DNA of 62,136 nucleotides, counting the filler. It is 14 parts of 14 records of this genome, joined end to end, with 100 filler letters (N's around TTAATTAATTAA, not from the genome) between each part and the next. Parts side by side here need not be neighbours in the genome. Positions count along the whole stretch, not along the records: positions 31,064 to 35,692 come from SRR7504441_10785; positions 35,793 to 38,941 come from SRR7504441_10794; positions 39,042 to 42,488 come from SRR7504441_10800; positions 42,589 to 46,332 come from SRR7504441_10806; 10 more parts are not named here. The stretch is one strand, 5' to 3'. Shown here piece by piece: positions 34,939 to 45,408 of this stretch. The position numbers were made by a program, and so were the translations under genes. The first letter of the stretch is position 1; every line of letters begins with the position of its first letter. Under the pieces are notes generated by a model that saw only the letters and a list, made by a program, of their open reading frames with translations, searched no databases and was not told where the DNA came from.

Positions 34939-35640
34939 ATGGGCGGCGGCGACGGGTTGGCCGTGCTGGTCGCTGGGATCGCGGCGCTAGCCAGCGTGCT
35001 TCATTCTGTCCGGCGCCTACGGCTGCCCAAGCGTCTGTGCTGCCCTTGTGGTGCAGTACACCTAGAGTTCGGCAGTGGGCCAGTGCTTGGCAGCGTGGAT
35101 TGCGGCTGCGAGGATTGTAGGGCTAGACTCTCCTGGACGGCCGCGCAGGCCGGTGGATCTCCGGTGCCTGCGCCAGTGCTGAGCTTTGAGCGCGGAGTGA
35201 GGGCGATTTATCTGGCCAACAGCTTCAAAGTGCTTGCCGGATGGGATAGGCTTCAGTTCTGGAGGCTGCGCGAGGGTGGAACCCAGACGATGGCGGTGTG
35301 CAGCAGCTGCTCGGCCATGGTGCTTAGCCACGCCTGGTACTACCAAGGCAATGTAGTGGGCGCTTCGTTGGATTCCGTTGGCTACTCGGGTCCGCCGCTC
35401 CCACCTCAACCTATGGCCCGGGTCAATTATAGGAGCTTCCCTCCGGACAAGATTGGTCCCGGCGCACCGGTGATCTACGGCGACGAGCCCAACGTCAACG
35501 ACCTGCTGTCGGAGTGCTACAACGGCTGGGCCTTCTTAGGGTTGCCGCCCGTCAGAATCAAAGACGGGATCTGCTTTGGGGAACTCCTCGAAATATCCGG
35601 TGGCGAAGAGTCGGTACAAGCATGCTTGCCGCTTGAATAG
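34939..35640 (+). CDS. GFA/Mss4-like (CENP-V-like) zinc-binding protein
   Basis: Cys pattern CPCGAV...CGCEDCR...CSSCS with a hydrophobic N-terminus; intronless. Confidence 0.6.
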   Translation: MGGGDGLAVLVAGIAALASVLHSVRRLRLPKRLCCPCGAVHLEFGSGPVLGSVDCGCEDCRARLSWTAAQAGGSPVPAPVLSFERGVRAIYLANSFKVLAGWDRLQFWRLREGGTQTMAVCSSCSAMVLSHAWYYQGNVVGASLDSVGYSGPPLPPQPMARVNYRSFPPDKIGPGAPVIYGDEPNVNDLLSECYNGWAFLGLPPVRIKDGICFGELLEISGGEESVQACLPLE

Positions 35641-35792
35641 GTTTAGTCAGCTATGAATGGCCTAATTGGCCGTACTTGATGCACTCCTTACCNNNNNNNN
35701 NNNNNNNNNNNNNNNNNNNNNNNNNNNNNNNNNNNNTTAATTAATTAANNNNNNNNNNNNNNNNNNNNNNNNNNNNNNNNNNNNNNNNNNNN

Positions 35793-37927
35793 GTAATACA
35801 TTTTATTGGGTTCGCGGATACCAGCCAGAACGTCGTGAACGACTACTTTGAAAGGCACCTGCCGATGGCAGCCAGGGTGGGGGCGCAACTGCGGGGGATG
35901 CGCGGCAACTTCACAGACCATCGGCTCAACTTTATGTTCCACTCTTGGATCCTTGACATGTTCTTCAACTGCCCTACTGGTATGGGCCTGCACTGTCCTT
36001 CGGTCGCCAGCAAAGCCAACATCTCCAGCGCGATCGATGCCGGCGACATCAGCTGGCACGCTTTCCCGCACAACGCCCAGCCCGCCGTGATGGACCCGGC
36101 TCTCATCCGGGCGGGGCTCGCACTCACCTTTGCGCTCGATAGCAAGTTTGGCCAGCCCTCGAAGCGGGTGCTCTCTCAGCGGGATGTGCCAGGCCTGACA
36201 AGGTCCCTGATTCCTATTCTAAAGAGCCGGGCAGTAGACGGAATCAGCATTGGCGCGCACGAGGACGCTAACCACGCGGCGCGCGTCCCGCCGTGCTTTG
36301 TGTGGCGCGACCCACAGTCCAACCAAAGCCTTATCGTGCTGTATACGTGGCCAGGGTATGGTTCGCTGCCGCTCAGCAACGAACAGGTATGCATTGTGGA
36401 CGGTGTCGCAATAGTATATAATTGGGCCGGCGATAACCACGGTCCTCTTCCTGCCGAAGCGTACGATGCCGCCTGGTACTCGATTGCTCAGTCTTTTCCG
36501 AACGCGGCTGTCTACGCCTCGACGCTGGACAACTTCACACATAAGCTGCTGGCTTTGCAAGAGAGGCTGCCAGTGGTCGATCAGGAGTTGGGTGACGATT
36601 GGATCTACGGTATAGCCTCAGACCCTCACAAAACAAGCCGGATGCGCGTGATTAACCGAGCTTTTAGAGCGGTTGACGCCCGAGCCCCGTTGGAACAGGC
36701 GCTGTCTGCAGATCCGGTGCTCCGTAACGCCACTCGGTTCTTCCTCAAAAATGGCGAGCACACTTGGGGCTTGTGTCCGCTCCAGCACTCATCACGCGAC
36801 AAGACCAATTGGCGGAACAGTCAGTTTGAGTGGGCCCGGTCAGCCTCCAATTGGAGCTCGGAGTATCGAACGATGGAGGACAGCTGGTGGGAGCAGCGCC
36901 ACTGGGGAGTGACACTCGGGATGCAAGCACTCGCTGCAGCCCGCCCGGGCAGCCCTGCGGCGGCACTGCGAGGGATGATCGAGCGAGGGATACAGGAGCT
37001 ACAGCCGGAGCCACCGTCGATTGCTGGATACAGACAGGCAAATGTCACCGAAAAGTTCAGCTGCGGCGCCACTGAGATCGGGTTTGACGGCGCCGGCGCG
37101 ATCAGCCACTTGGTGCGCGATGGGCTTGTCTGGGCAGATCCAGAGCATACGCTGATTCAGCTCAAGTATAGGGCATACACGGCAGCAGAGGTGGGCGCAC
37201 AGCAGTCGTCGGGCGATTACGGCAAGTCCGGCATGCCGAGCGAGATCGAGGGTGGTCTCTGGGCAAGCCAGCTCCGACGTCTGTATGCTAAACAGGGCGA
37301 GCTGTGCTCGTTTGTGCTTGAGACTGGCTTTGATGCAGAGGCGTCCACAGAGTATGGCGCTCCTGGCTCGGTGTGGAGTCAGATCCAAGTTACGAGCAGC
37401 GGGATCAAGACGCAAGTGACTGTGCTAAACAAGACCAGCACTCGGCAGCCGGAGTCGATGTTTGTACAATTTGCGCCGGCGGGCAACACGAGCCAGTGGT
37501 GGGTGGACAAACTGGGATCCTGGGTGGACGTAAATGACGTGGTGGATGGAGGCTCAAAGCACCTGCACGCCAATATGGAGCGAGGTATCCGGGTAGAGAC
37601 GGCTGCAGGCAATTGGATGTCGATAGCTGCCCAGGATGCTGCGATTGCAAGCTTTGGAAACCTAACTGCCTATCCGTATCCGGTGCATGCCGACCCCGAT
37701 ACAAAGGATTATGGGGCCTCTTTTGTGCTTTTTGACAATCTCTGGGGTGCTTGCCCCGGTTGGGAGAGTGCAGTCTGACTGTTGCGATAGGTGTGAACTA
37801 TGTACTGTGGTTCCCATTCTCAAAAGATAACATGGCGCCCCAAGCCTATGCAGCTTCAAACACATATTTCCCTGCAGAATGGAACAAGCACTTGCTTTCT
37901 CGATTCGAAATCACGTTCGCTGGCTAA
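35793..37927 (+). CDS. DUF5054 / GH38-like putative glycosidase; 5'-truncated, one 3' intron
   Basis: HFIGFAD at the contig edge, ISWHAFPHN, QRDVPGLTR, GDNHGP, ELGDDWIYG, EHTWG, SWWEQR and FDNLWG|VNYVLWFP after removing a 44-nt intron. Confidence 0.7.
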
Positions 37928-38310
37928 GCATACTCATAAACCTCGCATAAATTAAAATTCATAGCGGGTGCGCTATTAGGAGGTAGGAGGTCCGTCAATT
38001 GCTCGGTGTCCAGTAATGTGCTGCAATAGTTGAGGTAGAGGCCATCAAGGTGTTGCTTTTTATCATGAATTGTTGCATCATGTGAACAGTGAGCTCGATG
38101 GCCGAAGGGGTGGTGAGCACAATAGAGCACAAGCGCAGTTGTACTTTTACATATGAATTCTCAATTATAGAAGATGGGCTTGCAATTGATGATCTAGCCA
38201 ATTATTACAATGATACAATATCTATTGGAGCGTATCTAATTAGTTAGATTGTTGCGCAACTGCAATACATACACTGTACAGCCTTCTTGTAATACATTTT
38301 ATTCTTAGTT

Positions 38311-38818
38311 TCATCCATGCAGCCAGGCACGCACACCGTCTCCAGAGGTGTCCATCTCCTTGAAAAATAGCGCGGCCAGCAACATCAGCTGCTCGCTGCT
38401 CCTGCACCCACACTGGGAGAACAGGCACCAATCGCCCGCCCTCAGGTGCGGCAGCCGTACGGCAGCCGGGCCTCGACGTTCTCGACCACTCGCCCGTCCA
38501 GAAAACAAACGACAGCCTTGGTCCCAGCCACAGCAAGTTGCAAGCCGGTTCTGAGGAGACTCCTGGATCAGATAGCCATTCAGACTATCCAGCGATGTCA
38601 GCGGCGTGAGGTTCGTGATGACACTCTGCGGCCAGTGCCGTGATGAGCCTCCAAGCGCGGTCTCGAGCACTGCGCGCACTGCGTTGCACTGGGAGATCAG
38701 CTGCCCGACCGAGTCTTACTGTGCACCACCATGGCCACCAGCCTGGGGCCGCACGAGGCCAGCAGGCCACCCACACCACCTCAGGCTCATCTACAGGCTC
38801 ATCGTCTCCACGCGCCAT
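38311..38818 (-). CDS. Small hypothetical multi-exon gene with an EF-hand-like FKEMDTSGDG; boundaries uncertain
   Basis: ATG at 38818, intron-like GT...CAG segments and a single EF-hand loop start. Confidence 0.3.
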
Positions 38819-39284
38819 CCCGGTTTACAAGCACACACCACCAGCCGGTTCCAACCGCACAACCGTTGGATATCTATCTTTTCTGGTTGTGGCCCGTCAC
38901 TGGCCCCGTATGCCAAAACACGCACGCTCGGCTCTCACTCANNNNNNNNNNNNNNNNNNNNNNNNNNNNNNNNNNNNNNNNNNNNTTAATTAATTAANNN
39001 NNNNNNNNNNNNNNNNNNNNNNNNNNNNNNNNNNNNNNNNNAACCTATTTTTCCTTAGGTTCATCTAGAGCACCATTGAATTAAGTAATTAATCTGGGGA
39101 AAATATTTATGTAGAGACAAGCGCTCAATGAACGCAACCACAAGCGCTATGCGTACGGTTAGGCGTACTCGTACGTACTGTACAAGAATGGCATTGATCG
39201 TGTAATGTTTATGATTATACGAGTAGAAGGTTTAATTAATAACGCTCTCTAGCTAACATTACACACATGCCGCAGATGTCATCT

Positions 39285-41206
39285 TTAACTCCGTGCTGTC
39301 ATATGAGATGGCGATCTCGGAGAGAAGAAAACGTCAGCAGAGTTATCAGTTTTCACCTGGGGTCGGAGATAGACACCAGGTGATACCATCTCGACGCCGA
39401 CTGAGCCATCATGCTCATCGTCGTCGTCCGCCTTGTCGACAAGCACGTTGTGCTCCCCGTGCTGAGCCTTCTGCTGAGCCTCGGCCACCGCATGGTGCTC
39501 CTCAAGATCCACCTGAAACCGTTCACCACTCAAGACCGCCCATGCTAGGCTCGAGACTCACATCAAGTCCGCCTCGCACAAGCTCTCGGAAGAACTGCTC
39601 CATCTCCTCCAGACTCTTGCCACGCGTCTCGGGCACATACCGGAGCACAAACAAGAACGAGGCCGTGGCCACCACGCCGAATGCGAAGAAGGCTCCCGCA
39701 TCAGTCAGAAGGGTGCAGATCGAGAGGAATGTACTGGCCACAATTCCGGACATCAGCCTGTTCAAGAAGAGACCGAAGGCCATTGCAGTGGCTCTCAGAT
39801 GATATGGGAAGATCTCTGACATCAGCACCATATTGACAGGGCCGACGCCGACAGCGTACGCCCCCATGAAAATACAGAGCGCCAATATGGCGACCGCGGC
39901 ATGCGCACTGGTCGCGATGCTCAGCGACAGCAGGTAGAGGGCGAAGGCGATTCCCGCGGTGCTGCCGACAAGCAACGGACGCCTGCCGAGCCTGTCCACC
40001 GAGTAGCATCCGACTGCGATGAACGCGGTCCGACAGACTCCGATCAGAATTGTGAGCTTCAACTGTGCGTCGTCCCCCTCGATGCCGGCTGCTTCAAGGA
40101 TCTTCGGAATGTAGTAAACAACAGCCTGGACCAAGCGCAATCAAGCTCAGCCTAGAACTAGAGATCCAACCTCGCTGCCGTTGGCTTGCTGCGATATGGA
40201 CACGCCAAATCCAACAAGCATCATCATCTTGGTCTCCGGTGATGGGTGAAGGAGCAGCTGCTTCCACGCAGGGGTCTCCGCCTTCTCTCTGGCCGCAGCA
40301 GTCGATCTAGGAGAGGCAATGGCGCCGGCAGCCATCTCATCGGCACAGGCTGCGGCCTCTTCTTCGTCCATGACTCGATTCAGCACTTGCATTGCCTGCT
40401 CCTCCTTGCCTTGCGCCCAAAGATAGCGAGGAGACTCCGGCAGGCAGATCAGGAACAGAAGAATGAGCACAGGCGGGATCAGCCCCAGGCCGATCATGAT
40501 TCGCCACTGGTTATCCAGGTCCTTGCAAAAGTATGATCCGGCGTATCCGGCCAAAATGCCCAGCCCAATTGCCACCTGCAGCACGCTCAGCTCAACAGCT
40601 GTCGCTATTGGCAGCGGGGCGGGGAGGAACCTCAAACAGCGAGGCTAGCGCCCCGCGGAATTGGGCGGGGCTCAGCTCGGCCGCGTACAACGGACCGATC
40701 ACGAAGCCGCAGCCTGTGCCCAGTGATGGGCGGCGGGTGGGCGGGCGGACCGATGCCGAACCCCATGATTATGCGACCGAGGAGCAGGAGCCCGAAGGAA
40801 GACGAGATGCACATGGTGAAAGTGCCCACGATGAATATTCCAGTGGCCAGTCCCAAGGTGCCCTTGCGGCCGATCCGGTCAGCAATGAATCCAGACCCGA
40901 GGCCTCCGAACGCCGAGACTAGGTTAAGGCTGCCCACGATCACCTGGGCCGGTCGGTTGCGCGGGCGAGGGCGGACGGGGCACCTCGGCCTGCACCTCTG
41001 TGATATGAAGGTCTTTCTCTATGAATATGATCGCGCCTGAGATGATTCCTGCCCCCCGGTATAGGCGGCGGGGCCGGGCTGGGCCGGACCGATGTCGTAC
41101 CCGAGGAGAGAGCCGACCAAACTGGTGAAGGCGACACTCGCGAGCAGCACCGGCCTGGGGCACGAGCAACCCTCACGGCCGCCGGCGAGCCTAATGATTA
41201 CCGCAT
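39285..41206 (-). CDS. MFS sugar porter (polyol/monosaccharide transporter-like), multi-exon
   Basis: LLGYDIGIISGA, ADRIGRK, PESPRYL, QQANG, DRLGRRPLL, SEIFPYHLRA and VPETRGKSLEEM; ~40-nt GT-AG introns. Confidence 0.92.
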
Positions 41207-41545
41207 GATTACCGCTCCGGTTGTCACGGGTTGTGCCGTTTGGAGCTCGCCGGAGCTTCACTAGACTATCTAACGGCACCAGTATTGTAGGACTCCTGTA
41301 ACGAGTCAACAGCGCCTAGAACGAGAGGAATTTAAGAGGAATCGTGAACAGTGTTTGAGCTTCACAAAGTGTGCCCGAGTTGTTCCACGAACGGTTGGTA
41401 ATCCATCTCGCGCTCGTGATGCAAATGGTCCCGATGGTCCCAACATTACGTTGTCCCTGTCGACGTCGCCTTATTGCACCTACGTGGTTACGATCTTATT
41501 TACGCGATAATTACAATTAATCATTGGACAATGTGTGCTCAAAGT

Positions 41546-42488
41546 TTAGCTCTCAAATTGTACCTCAAACTCCTCCGGCTCTGGGTCTAGTGTGGACAAG
41601 GGCGGGGCTCCAATCGCCGCCTGCTCCATCCCCCTCACCCGGTTTAGCTCGGCGCTATATTGCTCCAACTCGAGATGCGACATGGCCAGCGCCTGCACCC
41701 GCGCGTCTGAGTCAAAGCCGCCAGCCCCGCCCGCCTGCATCAGCAGCTCGTTCTTGTACCGCAGCTTGTTGTTCTCGGCACGTTTCCGGTTCACCTTCTT
41801 GAGAAGGCTATCCCTCACCTGGATCTAACTTTCACAGACGAGCACGGCTCGGGCTGACCGCCACAGTATCCATCTGTTTCTGGTCCACCCACCGCTTCTG
41901 CTCCGACCGGTACTCATACTTGTGCCACTCGCCATTATCGATGCAATCGGTCCCGACCTGCCCCGCCTCAACCCCAGCGCTCGGTTCTCACTCACCGCAA
42001 TATGGCCCGGTGGCTTGGCTCGCCTCTCAAATCTGAAGTTCGCAGGGTAGGCGCCCTGGTAATGCTTGTGTAAGTTGAGTTCTATCTTCCAATCCCGCCC
42101 GGCACACACCTGCCCGCGCTGTCAGCCCGCCCCCGCCTGGCACACCCAAGCGTCTCGTGCCAGACCGGGCTCGTGGGGGCCTGGCGCTGGGCCTTTGTTT
42201 GCCTCTTTGTACGAAGTCCTTCGCTCCTCCCTCGGCTCTGGGCCTCGTCCGCGATCCCGCAGAGAGTCCCTGCTTCCATAGCCACTCTGCTGCGCGCCGT
42301 ACCCCTGTTGCCCGTACCCTTGCTGCGCTCCATATCCTTGTTGTTGCTGAGCCCCATAGTTTTGCTGCACCCCGTATCCTTGCTGTCCGGATACACTCTG
42401 CTGTGCTCCATATCCTTGCCGCTGTAATTGCTGCGCTCCGTACCCTTGTTGCTGCTGCTGTGCTCCATAGCCCGGCTGCTGCTGTTGT
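41546..42488 (-). CDS. Hypothetical protein with Q/G/Y low-complexity repeats; 5'-truncated, multi-exon
   Basis: Repeats of QQQGYGA, a WVCQVC...HKH possible zinc-binding motif and a helical C-terminus. Confidence 0.55.
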
Positions 42489-42633
42489 NNNNNNNNNNNN
42501 NNNNNNNNNNNNNNNNNNNNNNNNNNNNNNNNTTAATTAATTAANNNNNNNNNNNNNNNNNNNNNNNNNNNNNNNNNNNNNNNNNNNNCTAATTCACTAC
42601 ATGTAGAGAGCGACAATCACACGAGTGCTCGGA

Positions 42634-42718
42634 GCAGAGGATTCGTTGGGGCCGTTCTCGCGGCGATCTGGCTGTTTGGATCGCCACGGTCAATCGGCCC
42701 AACGAGTCAGTCCACTGC
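42634..42718 (-). promoter_or_regulatory. Putative SECIS element (form 1) in the 3' UTR of the DsbA-family gene
   Basis: Lower helix TCGTTGGGCCG/CGGCCCCAACGA, core TGAC...AGAA, 10-bp upper helix CGTGGCGATC/GATCGCCGCG, and apical loop CAAACAGCCA with AAA 12 nt after the core TGA. Confidence 0.75.
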
Positions 42719-42735
42719 ACACGTGCGTTCGCTCA

Positions 42736-43911
42736 CTAGAGCAGACTTGCCCTTGACGACTCGGCATTGATGGCCTCAAAGATGGCCATAAACTCATCAG
42801 CATTCGCGCTACCACTCACCACCCTAGGGTCCGGCTTCCGGCCGCTGAGCTTGGGCCTAAACGGGCCGCCGCTGGTGCACGGTCCATTGAACACGAACAG
42901 CGGGATCGAGTGAATCTGATGCTCGTGCACCATAGCGCTGTAGCTCTGCCACACCTCGCTCGTCAGCCGATCGCTCTCCAGGAACCGGAGCGCCTCCGCC
43001 GGATCCAGCCCGGCCCGCTCGGCCGCCTCGAGCACGGTGGCCCGGATGCACGAGCCCTTGTTCTGCGTAAAGTGCAGCTGGGCCAGCTCCTCCGCCAGCT
43101 GCTCGGCCTGCCCACACTCGCCCGCCCACATGATCAGCCGCTGCGCCTCCACCGGGTGCCACGCGAACTGCTGCCGAAACGAGAACTGGATCCCGGCCTG
43201 CCGCCCCAGGCTCGAGAGTCCAGCCTGCGCGAGCTCGCCCAGGTGCTCGTCAAACACACTCAGCCGCTTGCCTCGGGCCGACTTGGGCTCCCGCCCCGGG
43301 CGCCCTTCGGCCTCGGTGATCCTTCGCTTGAGTCCGGCCAGATCGGCAGGCCTGCCGGTCATCTGGGCCATGGCCTCGATCCCCTGGACTAGCCTCGAGT
43401 CCTGCAGCGCCCGCGCCGGGTCGCTCCTGAGCATCTCGGCGTGCGGCAGCAGCGGCCGGAGCTGATTGATCACAGCGTCCCCGGCGTAGATGCACAGCCC
43501 GTCCCCCCACTCCCAGGACTCGTCCCCGGCGCGCTCGCCCCCGTGGAACGAGAACGGCCGGCGGGTCACGTCCAGCTCTATGCCAACCGTCGGGTGCTTG
43601 AGATGGAACCGGTCCAGCGCGGCCTCGATCCAGCGCTTGCCGACAAACCCGTGCGGTCACTGAGTACAGGTCACGAAGTCGGCCTCCACCAGTAGCGATT
43701 TGGCCCGCTGGCCCCGCCGGATCGAGCCCGGGAGGAGGTTGCGGATCGGGCCGGCCGGCGCAGGATCGGGGGCCAGCCAGTAGGCCAGGCTGTCCTCGTC
43801 CGAGTCCTCTGTGGCCGCCGGCTGCACCAGCAGCTCAGTGGCCCGCTCGAGCGCCGGGTCGCCCGGCTTAATGAACGCCAGTGTGCCTGAGTGCTTTCCG
43901 CAGTTGCCGGC
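42736..43911 (-). CDS. DsbA/FrnE-family thioredoxin-fold protein, probable selenoprotein (in-frame TGA at 43657..43659); start codon unresolved
   Basis: DFVTCTQ(TGA)PHGFVGKRWIEAAL aligns with FrnE SDxxCPWCYIGKRRLExAL. Also RRPFSF, EAQRLIMWA, AGLDP, cis-Pro loop IHSIPLFVFN and VSGSA. The frame is open for ~84 codons upstream of the TGA, the gene ends at TAG, and a SECIS-like hairpin follows. Confidence 0.8.
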
Positions 43912-43977
43912 CTACCCGCAGCCTGACCCGCGGCCTGCCTGACAAGCTGAAAAAAAAAAAAGGAGGTGATCACAGTG

Positions 43978-45267
43978 ATGCGGCACAGCGCTGTGTGGCT
44001 GTGGCCTGTGGCTGTCCTGGGCGGGTGTGGGCTGCCCCAGCTGGACGGCCGGTCCGCCAGGCTGCTCTCCGAGTTTGACGCCTTGGGCGACCAGCCTGTG
44101 GTGATCCGGGGGCTGGGGGTCTCCGGCTGGTGGCCGGGGCTCTCGCTGGCCGCACTCCGGCGCCACCGGCAGCCGGTGGAGGTCAGGCTGCCCCAGGGAG
44201 CCAACCTGTTTGGGGCCTTCCGTCGAATGTCCCGGCTGGAGGACTACCTGTCCGCCGGGCAGGCGCAGGACGGTGCGAGCATCGTGTTTACTCCGTGGCC
44301 GACCGGCAACTACACCGGCAGCCTGATGGCCAGAATCGCCCGGGACACCCCCGAACTGATCCTGTCGGTGGCGCTACCCTCCCGCGGCCTGGCGCTGCAC
44401 AACCACGCCCGAGGCTGGCAGGCGGTTGTGTCGGGCCGCAAGCGGTGGTGGCTTCTCCCGCCGGGCGCTCCGCTGGCCGAGTCCGGGCTGCTGCTCCGCC
44501 CGCCGGGGGAGCTGGCGCCGGGGGAGCTGGAGCGGCTGGGGGGCAAGAGCTGCGAGTTGGGTCCCGGGGACTTGCTCCACCTGCCGTGCAATTGGTGGCA
44601 CGCCACGCTGACCATGGGAGACGAACCAGCGGTCGCAGTGGGCGGGCAAGCCAGCCAGGGCACCGGCTGCGCCTACGACCCGTTTGGCGCTGCCAGTGCC
44701 GCCATCAGGCAGGCTGGGTCGACGGCTGACCCGAGCGCGGCACTAGCCAGCCTGGAGCGTGGCTGCAAGATCAACAGATGGCACCACCAGTGCCCGATCC
44801 GGCTGGCAGCGGTGCTGGTCAAACTCGGCCGGCCAGACGAGGCGCTGGCTGAGCTGTCCAGGGGCGAGCAGCGGCTCGAGCGGGCCTTTGGGAGCCGGGA
44901 GCTGCCACGCGAGCCGTTTTTAGCGGCTTTGGGCGCCTGGGTGCTCGAGCTATCGCAGCCCAAGGCAGGGCTGGGCCGGGGTGGGCTCGAGCTGGTGGCC
45001 AGGCTGCTCGATAGAGTTGCCGTACTAGATCCCGGGCGCCAGCAGCGGGAGGCGCACGCGATGCACGCGGTGCTGAAACTGGTGCAAGCCAAGGGCCGCC
45101 CGAATGAGCGGAGTGTGATAGCTGAGGCGCGGCAGATGCTCGGCCAGTGGCAAGCTCAAGGCGCGACCAACATCTTGAATTACTTGCCCATCGGCATTCA
45201 GCATAGCTCATTGTACGCGGCACAGCTCAAATCGTTGCTGCGTCGGCTAGAGAGACCGGAGCTTTGA
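43978..45267 (+). CDS. Secreted JmjC (cupin) domain protein, JMJD8-like, with a TPR-like C-terminus
   Basis: Signal peptide; GLALHNH...VSGRKRWWL...PGDLLHLPCNWWHATL; intronless. Confidence 0.75.
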   Translation: MRHSAVWLWPVAVLGGCGLPQLDGRSARLLSEFDALGDQPVVIRGLGVSGWWPGLSLAALRRHRQPVEVRLPQGANLFGAFRRMSRLEDYLSAGQAQDGASIVFTPWPTGNYTGSLMARIARDTPELILSVALPSRGLALHNHARGWQAVVSGRKRWWLLPPGAPLAESGLLLRPPGELAPGELERLGGKSCELGPGDLLHLPCNWWHATLTMGDEPAVAVGGQASQGTGCAYDPFGAASAAIRQAGSTADPSAALASLERGCKINRWHHQCPIRLAAVLVKLGRPDEALAELSRGEQRLERAFGSRELPREPFLAALGAWVLELSQPKAGLGRGGLELVARLLDRVAVLDPGRQQREAHAMHAVLKLVQAKGRPNERSVIAEARQMLGQWQAQGATNILNYLPIGIQHSSLYAAQLKSLLRRLERPEL

Positions 45268-45408
45268 GTAAATTCATAAAACTTACTGTTTAGATATCTT
45301 CTATTATTACTTTTGATGATTAATTACGTCCTGTCTGACTCGCGGAGTCATCCACTATGTGCATCCAATTCCACAATCATGACGTCCCGTGTGTTGGATT
45401 GGCGGGGG

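Noticed and set aside
33232-41206. GH5, DUF5054-like and sugar transporter genes as a polysaccharide-utilisation cluster
   Set aside because: The three genes are on different contigs separated by spacers, so adjacency is an artefact.
43912-43914. TAG reassignment or an alternative genetic code
   Set aside because: TAG, TAA and TGA all end other genes here, and other ORF breaks are explained by introns. Only the DsbA TGA has recoding support.
45345-45390. Hairpin with ATGA between the JmjC and YrdC 3' ends as a second SECIS
   Set aside because: The ATGA-to-AA spacing is too short and neither flanking gene has an in-frame TGA.
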